From: Escherichia coli
Lineage (GTDB): Bacteria > Pseudomonadota > Gammaproteobacteria > Enterobacterales > Enterobacteriaceae
Assembly: GCF_003334405.1 (NCBI RefSeq)
Contig: NZ_QOWM01000003.1
Strand: one strand, 5' to 3'
DNA: 64,000 nt
Positions within the stretch are counted from its first letter, which is position 1. Each line of letters starts with the position of its first letter. The notes beneath the pieces were generated by a model. It searched no databases. It was not told the origin of the DNA and saw only the letters and a program-made list of their open reading frames with translations. The position numbers and the translations under genes are program-made. Positions 56,466 to 64,000 of the stretch are shown piece after piece.

Positions 56466-56481
56466 CTGGATATCTATCCAG
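56466..56481. promoter_or_regulatory. LexA (SOS) box 1 of the ruvAB promoter
   Basis: CTGGATATCTATCCAG palindrome (CTG-N10-CAG), about 50 nt upstream of the ruvA start. Confidence 0.6.
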
Positions 56482-56532
56482 CATTTTTTTATCATACAGC
56501 ATTATCTTTGATTCATTACGCAGGAGCGTCAT

Positions 56533-57144
56533 GTGATAGGCAGACTCAGAGGCATCATCATTGAAAAACAACCCCCGCTGGTGTTAATTGAAGTGGGCGG
56601 CGTAGGCTATGAAGTGCATATGCCGATGACCTGTTTTTATGAACTCCCTGAAGCGGGTCAGGAAGCGATCGTTTTCACCCACTTTGTGGTGCGTGAAGAC
56701 GCGCAACTGCTGTACGGTTTTAACAATAAACAAGAGCGCACATTGTTCAAAGAGTTGATCAAAACCAACGGCGTCGGCCCGAAGTTGGCGCTGGCGATCC
56801 TCTCCGGAATGTCAGCGCAGCAGTTCGTTAATGCCGTTGAGCGTGAAGAAGTGGGGGCACTGGTGAAACTGCCGGGTATTGGCAAAAAAACCGCCGAACG
56901 CTTGATTGTTGAAATGAAAGACCGATTTAAAGGTTTGCATGGCGATCTCTTTACGCCAGCCGCCGACCTGGTACTCACGTCTCCTGCCAGCCCGGCGACC
57001 GACGATGCTGAACAAGAAGCGGTTGCCGCGCTGGTGGCGCTGGGCTATAAACCACAAGAAGCAAGCCGCATGGTGAGCAAAATCGCTCGCCCTGACGCCA
57101 GCAGTGAAACTTTAATTCGCGAAGCCCTACGCGCCGCGTTATGA
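56533..57144 (+). CDS. ruvA: Holliday junction branch-migration protein RuvA (203 aa, GTG start)
   Basis: Translation [32 protein letters not shown]... matches RuvA; RBS AGGAG. Confidence 0.95.
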   Translation: MIGRLRGIIIEKQPPLVLIEVGGVGYEVHMPMTCFYELPEAGQEAIVFTHFVVREDAQLLYGFNNKQERTLFKELIKTNGVGPKLALAILSGMSAQQFVNAVEREEVGALVKLPGIGKKTAERLIVEMKDRFKGLHGDLFTPAADLVLTSPASPATDDAEQEAVAALVALGYKPQEASRMVSKIARPDASSETLIREALRAAL

Positions 57145-57149
57145 GGTAA

Positions 57150-58163
<1,014 letters not shown>

Positions 58164-58164
58164 G

Positions 58165-58295
58165 TCGGATTGGTCGCTCGCGCCGCATCCGGCACTGGCA
58201 ATATGCCTGATGCGACGCTGTTCGCGTCTTACCAGGACTACCAGAGATACCGAACCGTAGGTCGGATAAGGCGCTCGCGCCGCATCCGACAAATG
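58165..58295. repeat. BIME with three REP elements downstream of ruvB
   Basis: Three REP copies in alternating orientation: GTCGGATTGGTCGCTCGCGCCGCATCCGGCAC, GCCTGATGCGACGCTGTTCGCGTCTTACCAGGACTAC, GTAGGTCGGATAAGGCGCTCGCGCCGCATCCGAC. Confidence 0.65.
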
Positions 58296-58309
58296 TGTTC
58301 AGCGATAGA

Positions 58310-59095
58310 TTAGCTGGCCTGCTTTTTCATCATACTGAGAATAAATAACAGTGCCGCACATAGCACCACCGACGGACCCGCCGGCGTATCGTAAACCGCG
58401 GAAAAGGTTAAACCGCCAGTCACTGCCACCATCCCCACCAAAACAGCGACACCAGCCATCTGTTCCGGCGTGCGGGCAAAGCGACGCGCAGTAGCAGCAG
58501 GAATAATCAGCAACGAAGTAATAATCAACGCACCGACAAATTTCATCGCTACACCAATCGTCAATGCCGTCACCAGCATCAACAACAATTTCACTCGCTG
58601 TAATTTCACACCATCAACAAACGCCAGATCCGGGCTTATCGTCATTGACAGCAAATTGCGCCATTGCCAGAACAAAATAGCCACCACGATGACCACGCCA
58701 ATCGCAATAGAGATGAGATCTTCTGGCGTCACTGCCAGCAAATCACCGAACAGGTAAGCCATCAAATCAACACGAATATTAGACATCAGACTCACGACCA
58801 CCAGGCCCAGCGACAGGGCACTGTGCGCCATAATCCCTAATAACGTGTCGATCGCCAGCTGTGGACGCTTCTCCAGCCATACCAGACCGCCCGCCAGCAG
58901 CAGCGTAACGGCAATCACCGCATAGAATGGATTCACGTCCAGCAACAAACCAAACGCGACGCCAAGTAATGAGGCATGAGCCAGCGTATCACCGAAATAA
59001 GACATACGACGCCAGACTACAAACGAACCCAGCGGACCCGCGGCACAGGCGAGCATGATCCCGGCTAACCAACCGGGAAATAATAATTCAATCAT
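58310..59095 (-). CDS. znuB: zinc ABC transporter permease ZnuB (261 aa)
   Basis: Full-length match to ZnuB. Confidence 0.95.
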
Positions 59096-59847
59096 GAGCG
59101 ATCATTTCCCCGACGCAAAACAATTCGTCCCTGTAAATCGTGACGATGGTTATGATGATGGCGATAGATACCCAGTTGTTCAGCACCACGAGGACCAAAC
59201 ATTGAAATAAACTCCGGATGCAGGGAAACAACTTCCGGTGTGCCGGAACAACAAATGTGGTGATTCAGGCACAGCACTTCATCGGTTTTTGCCATCACCA
59301 GATGCAGATCGTGAGAAACCATTAAAACGCCACAATCCAGTTCACGACGCAGTTGGTCAATAAGGTCATATAACGCCACCTGGCCATTTACATCCACGCC
59401 TTGAGTGGGTTCATCCAGCACTAATAATTGCGGGCGATTTAACAATGCTCGCGCTAATAGTACACGCTGCGTTTCGCCACCAGAGAGCTTTTGCATCGGT
59501 GCGTTAATCAGGTGCCCGGCCTGGACACGTTTCAGTGCAGGCAAAATATCTTCTTTATGTGTACCAGGGCGTAAGCGTAAAAAACGGTTTACGGTCAGTG
59601 GCAACGTGGTGTCGAGATACAGCTTCTGCGGTACATAGCCGATGCGCAGTTTTCCGTTGCGCTTGATAACCCCTTCATCGGGTGTTACCAGCCCGAGCAC
59701 TACCCGTACCAGTGTCGACTTACCTGCGCCATTTGGCCCAAGTAAAGTCAAAATTTTTCCAGGTTTAAGTTCCAGCGACACATCAGAGAGGACGCGGCGT
59801 TGGCCAAAAGAAACCGAGACATTTTCCAGGGAAACCAGACTTGTCAT
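59092..59847 (-). CDS. znuC: zinc ABC transporter ATPase ZnuC (251 aa)
   Basis: Walker [10 protein letters not shown]; C-terminal His-rich tail; 4-nt overlap with znuB. Confidence 0.95.
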
Positions 59848-59873
59848 GTTAATTTTAGTCTTGCAGTAGTCAT

Positions 59874-59896
59874 GAAATGTTATAATATCACACTTC
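59874..59896. promoter_or_regulatory. Zur box in the divergent znuCB / znuA promoter region
   Basis: GAAATGTTATAATATCACACTTC, close to the Zur consensus GAAATGTTATAATATAACATTTC, overlapping a TATAAT -10. Confidence 0.65.
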
Positions 59897-59925
59897 TCAT
59901 ATTCATTACGATTATTGGTCGCATT

Positions 59926-60858
59926 ATGTTACATAAAAAAACGCTTCTTTTCGCAGCATTATCCGCCGCTCTCTGGGGAGGTGCAACACAGGCCGCAGAT
60001 GCCGCCGTTGTCGCTTCGCTTAAACCCGTTGGGTTCATCGCTTCTGCCATTGCTGATGGGGTAACAGAAACAGAGGTTTTACTTCCTGACGGCGCTTCAG
60101 AACATGATTATTCACTGCGCCCATCGGATGTAAAACGCTTACAGAACGCGGACTTAGTCGTTTGGGTTGGCCCGGAGATGGAAGCGTTTATGCAAAAACC
60201 GGTAAGCAAATTACCAGGAGCGAAGCAGGTAACGATTGCGCAGCTTGAAGATGTGAAACCGCTACTGATGAAAAGTATTCACGGCGATGATGATGATCAC
60301 GACCACGCGGAAAAAAGTGACGAAGATCACCATCACGGCGATTTCAACATGCATCTTTGGCTTTCCCCAGAGATAGCGCGGGCTACAGCGGTTGCAATCC
60401 ATGGAAAATTAGTGGAACTTATGCCGCAAAGTCGAGCCAAACTTGACGCCAACCTGAAGGATTTTGAGGCACAATTAGCCTCAACCGAAACGCAGGTTGG
60501 TAACGAGCTCGCGCCGCTCAAGGGGAAAGGTTATTTCGTTTTTCACGATGCTTACGGCTATTTCGAAAAACAGTTTGGACTGACACCGCTTGGTCATTTT
60601 ACCGTTAACCCTGAGATTCAACCTGGCGCGCAGCGTTTACATGAAATAAGAACACAGTTGGTTGAGCAAAAAGCAACCTGCGTTTTTGCTGAGCCACAGT
60701 TCAGGCCAGCGGTCGTTGAGAGCGTCGCACGAGGGACATCCGTTCGTATGGGAACGTTGGATCCCCTGGGGACGAATATCAAACTGGGTAAAACAAGCTA
60801 TTCAGAATTCCTGAGTCAATTAGCCAACCAGTATGCGAGCTGCCTGAAAGGAGATTAA
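59926..60858 (+). CDS. znuA: periplasmic zinc-binding protein ZnuA (310 aa)
   Basis: Recognised N-terminus [23 protein letters not shown]; His/Asp-rich loop [25 protein letters not shown]; track ORF N-extended to 59800. Confidence 0.93.
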
Positions 60859-60873
60859 TGAGGAAGTGATTAC

Positions 60874-62196
60874 GTGCAACAGATAGCCCGCTCTGTCGCC
60901 CTGGCGTTTAATAATTTACCGCGACCACACCGCGTTATGTTGGGGTCGCTCACCGTTCTTACTCTGGCCGTCGCTGTCTGGCGGCCTTATGTTTATCACC
61001 GTGATGCCACGCCAATTGTCAAAACCATTGAGCTGGAACAGAACGAAATTCGTTCGCTCTTACCTGAAGCCAGTGAGCCGATTGATCAAGCTGCACAAGA
61101 AGATGAAGCCATTCCCCAGGACGAACTGGATGACAAAATCGCCGGTGAAGCGGGCGTGCATGAATATGTTGTTTCCACTGGCGATACGCTAAGCAGCATT
61201 CTCAATCAGTATGGTATTGATATGGGTGATATCACCCAACTGGCTGCGGCCGACAAAGAATTGCGTAACCTGAAAATCGGTCAACAACTCTCCTGGACAT
61301 TAACCGCGGACGGCGAACTGCAGCGCCTCACCTGGGAAGTGTCTCGTCGTGAAACCCGAACCTATGACCGTACTGCCGCTAACGGTTTTAAAATGACCAG
61401 CGAAATGCAGCAAGGAGAGTGGGTTAACAATCTGCTGAAAGGTACCGTCGGGGGAAGCTTTGTTGCCAGCGCCAGAAACGCCGGTTTAACCAGCGCCGAA
61501 GTGAGCGCAGTGATTAAAGCCATGCAGTGGCAAATGGATTTCCGCAAACTGAAAAAAGGCGATGAATTTGCGGTGTTAATGTCTCGAGAAATGCTTGATG
61601 GTAAACGTGAGCAAAGCCAGCTGCTGGGCGTACGTTTGCGTTCAGAAGGTAAAGATTATTACGCTATCCGCGCTGAAGATGGCAAATTCTACGATCGTAA
61701 CGGTACTGGTCTGGCGAAAGGATTCTTGCGATTCCCGACGGCGAAACAGTTCCGTATCTCGTCTAACTTTAACCCGCGTCGTACTAATCCGGTGACCGGT
61801 CGCGTTGCACCACACAGAGGTGTTGATTTCGCCATGCCGCAGGGTACGCCAGTGCTTTCAGTGGGTGACGGTGAAGTGGTGGTTGCCAAACGCAGTGGCG
61901 CAGCAGGTTATTATGTGGCTATTCGTCATGGTCGCAGCTACACCACGCGTTATATGCACTTGCGCAAGATTCTGGTGAAACCGGGACAGAAGGTGAAACG
62001 TGGCGACCGTATCGCGCTTTCCGGTAATACCGGACGTTCAACCGGGCCGCATCTGCACTATGAAGTATGGATAAACCAGCAGGCCGTAAACCCGCTGACG
62101 GCAAAACTGCCGCGTACCGAAGGGCTGACCGGCTCCGATCGTCGCGAATTCCTGGCGCAGGCCAAAGAGATTGTGCCGCAGCTACGGTTTGATTAA
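60874..62196 (+). CDS. mepM: murein DD-endopeptidase MepM (YebA), 440 aa, GTG start
   Basis: LysM plus M23 peptidase domain with HxxxD and HLH motifs; full-length match. Confidence 0.93.
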
Positions 62197-62212
62197 TTAA
62201 CATCCATTCGCA

Positions 62213-62243
62213 GCCGGTACGCAGTCAGTACCGGCTTTTTTTA
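62213..62243 (+). terminator. rho-independent terminator after mepM
   Basis: 8-bp stem GCCGGTAC/GTACCGGC followed by TTTTTTT. Confidence 0.75.
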
Positions 62244-62315
62244 TTTGGTGCGGGGCAAGTTGCGCCGCTACACTATCACCAGATTGATTTTTGCCTTATC
62301 CGAAACTGGAAAAGC

Positions 62316-63287
62316 ATGGAAACGAAAAAAAATAATAGCGAATACATTCCTGAGTTTGATAAATCCTTTCGCCACCCGCGCTACTGGGGAGCATGGCTGG
62401 GCGTAGCAGCGATGGCGGGTATCGCTTTAACGCCGCCAAAGTTCCGTGATCCCATTCTGGCACGGCTGGGACGTTTTGCCGGACGACTGGGAAAAAGCTC
62501 ACGCCGTCGTGCGTTAATCAATCTGTCGCTCTGCTTTCCAGAACGTAGTGAAGCTGAACGCGAAGCGATTGTTGATGAGATGTTTGCCACCGCGCCGCAA
62601 GCGATGGCAATGATGGCTGAGTTGGCAATACGCGGGCCGGAGAAAATTCAGCCGCGCGTTGACTGGCAAGGGCTGGAGATCATCGAAGAGATGCGGCGTA
62701 ATAACGAGAAAGTTATCTTTCTGGTGCCGCACGGTTGGGCCGTCGATATTCCTGCCATGCTGATGGCCTCGCAAGGGCAGAAAATGGCAGCGATGTTCCA
62801 TAATCAGGGCAACCCGGTTTTTGATTATGTCTGGAACACGGTGCGTCGTCGCTTTGGCGGTCGTCTGCATGCGAGAAATGACGGTATTAAACCATTCATC
62901 CAGTCGGTACGTCAGGGGTACTGGGGATATTATTTACCCGATCAGGATCATGGCCCAGAGCACAGCGAATTTGTGGATTTCTTTGCCACCTATAAAGCGA
63001 CGTTGCCCGCGATTGGTCGTTTGATGAAAGTGTGCCGTGCGCGCGTTGTACCGCTGTTTCCGATTTATGATGGCAAGACGCATCGTCTGACGATTCAGGT
63101 GCGCCCACCGATGGATGATCTGTTAGAGGCGGATGATCATACGATTGCGCGGCGGATGAATGAAGAAGTCGAGATTTTTGTTGGTCCGCGACCAGAACAA
63201 TACACCTGGATACTAAAATTGCTGAAAACTCGCAAACCGGGCGAAATCCAGCCGTATAAGCGCAAAGATCTTTATCCCATCAAATAA
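62316..63287 (+). CDS. lpxM: lipid A myristoyltransferase LpxM (MsbB), 323 aa
   Basis: Translation [30 protein letters not shown]... matches LpxM. Confidence 0.95.
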
Positions 63288-63291
63288 AAAA

Positions 63292-63310
63292 GCCTCTCGC
63301 GAGGAGAGGC
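63292..63310 (+). terminator. hairpin after lpxM (weak terminator candidate)
   Basis: 7-bp stem GCCTCTC/GAGAGGC directly after the stop; short U-tract only. Confidence 0.4.
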
Positions 63311-63374
63311 CTTCGCCTGATGATAAGTTCAAGTTTGCTTCAGAATATTCGAAATCTGTTGAACTATCATTGAA

Positions 63375-63414
63375 CTGTAGGCCGGATGTGGCGTTTTCGC
63401 CGCATCCGGCAACG
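63375..63414. repeat. REP element between lpxM and pykA
   Basis: CTGTAGGCCGGATGTGGCGTTTTCGCCGCATCCGGCAACG. Confidence 0.6.
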
Positions 63415-63417
63415 TAC

Positions 63418-64000
63418 TTACTCTACCGTTAAAATACGCGTGGTATTAGTAGAACCCACGGTACTCATCACGTCGCCCTGGGTGACAATCACCAGGTCAC
63501 CAGACATCAAGTAACCTTTATCGCGCAGCAGATTAACCGCTTCGCTGGCAGCTGCTACGCCGTCATTAGCGCTATCAAAGTGCACCGGCGTAACGCCACG
63601 ATAGAGAGCAGTCAGGTTCAGCGTACGTTCATGGCGCGACATGGCGAAAATTGGCAGACCAGAGCTGATACGGGAGGTCATCAGCGCGGTACGACCCGAT
63701 TCGGTCATGGTGATGATCGCCGTAACGCCTTTCAGGTGGTTAGCTGCGTACATTGCTGACATGGCAATAGCTTCTTCCACATTGTCGAACTGAACGTCCA
63801 GACGGTGTTTAGAAACGTTGATGCTCGGGATTTTTTCCGCACCCAGGCAAACGCGCGCCATGGCTGCAACGGTTTCTGACGGATACTGCCCAGCGGCAGT
63901 TTCTGCAGACAGCATCACAGCGTCAGTACCATCCAGAACGGCGTTTGCTACGTCCATGACTTCTGCACGCGTCGGCATCGGGTTAGTAATCATTGACTCC
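63418..64000 (-). CDS. pykA: pyruvate kinase II PykA, C-terminal part (5' end lies beyond the window)
   Basis: Minus-strand frame is open to the window edge; translation ...[24 protein letters not shown]...TRILTVE matches the PykA C-terminus. Confidence 0.9.

Overview
This window reads as a core Escherichia coli chromosomal segment, in reverse-complement orientation to the K-12 map, running from fliC to the 3' end of pykA. I recognised it from the ORF translations and sequence motifs; no database search was run. Gene order is fully syntenic with K-12 b1923 -> b1854: fliC-fliAZ-tcyJ-dcyD-tcyLN-sdiA-yecF-uvrYC-pgsA-glyW/cysT/leuZ-yecA-tyrP-yecH-ftnA-yecR-azuC-yecJ-ftnB-araFGH-otsBA-uspC-flhDC-motAB-cheAW-tar-tap-cheRBYZ-flhBAE-yecT-argS-yecM-cutC-torYZ-cmoBA-yecNED-aspS-nudB-yebC-ruvC-yebB-ruvAB-znuBC/znuA-mepM-lpxM-pykA. 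I see no CRISPR array, IS element, integrase, prophage or inserted island, and no convincing evidence of a novel system; this is an ordinary, densely annotated core region. The most unusual observation is torZ, which keeps its full 809-codon length but is interrupted by two in-frame stop codons (TAG and TGA) at positions where I expect Trp. Other points worth a second look: a short 349-aa fliC allele, an IS-free flhDC control region, sigma28 promoters readable directly from sequence (fliD, fliC, tar, and one inside the flhC 3' end consistent with the MotR sRNA), a sigmaE-type promoter inside cutC consistent with MicL, and AT-rich genes yecT and yebB. Many track ORFs carry spurious N-terminal extensions, so starts were trimmed to the recognised protein N-termini. 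Coordinates of promoters, sRNAs and hairpins are approximate.
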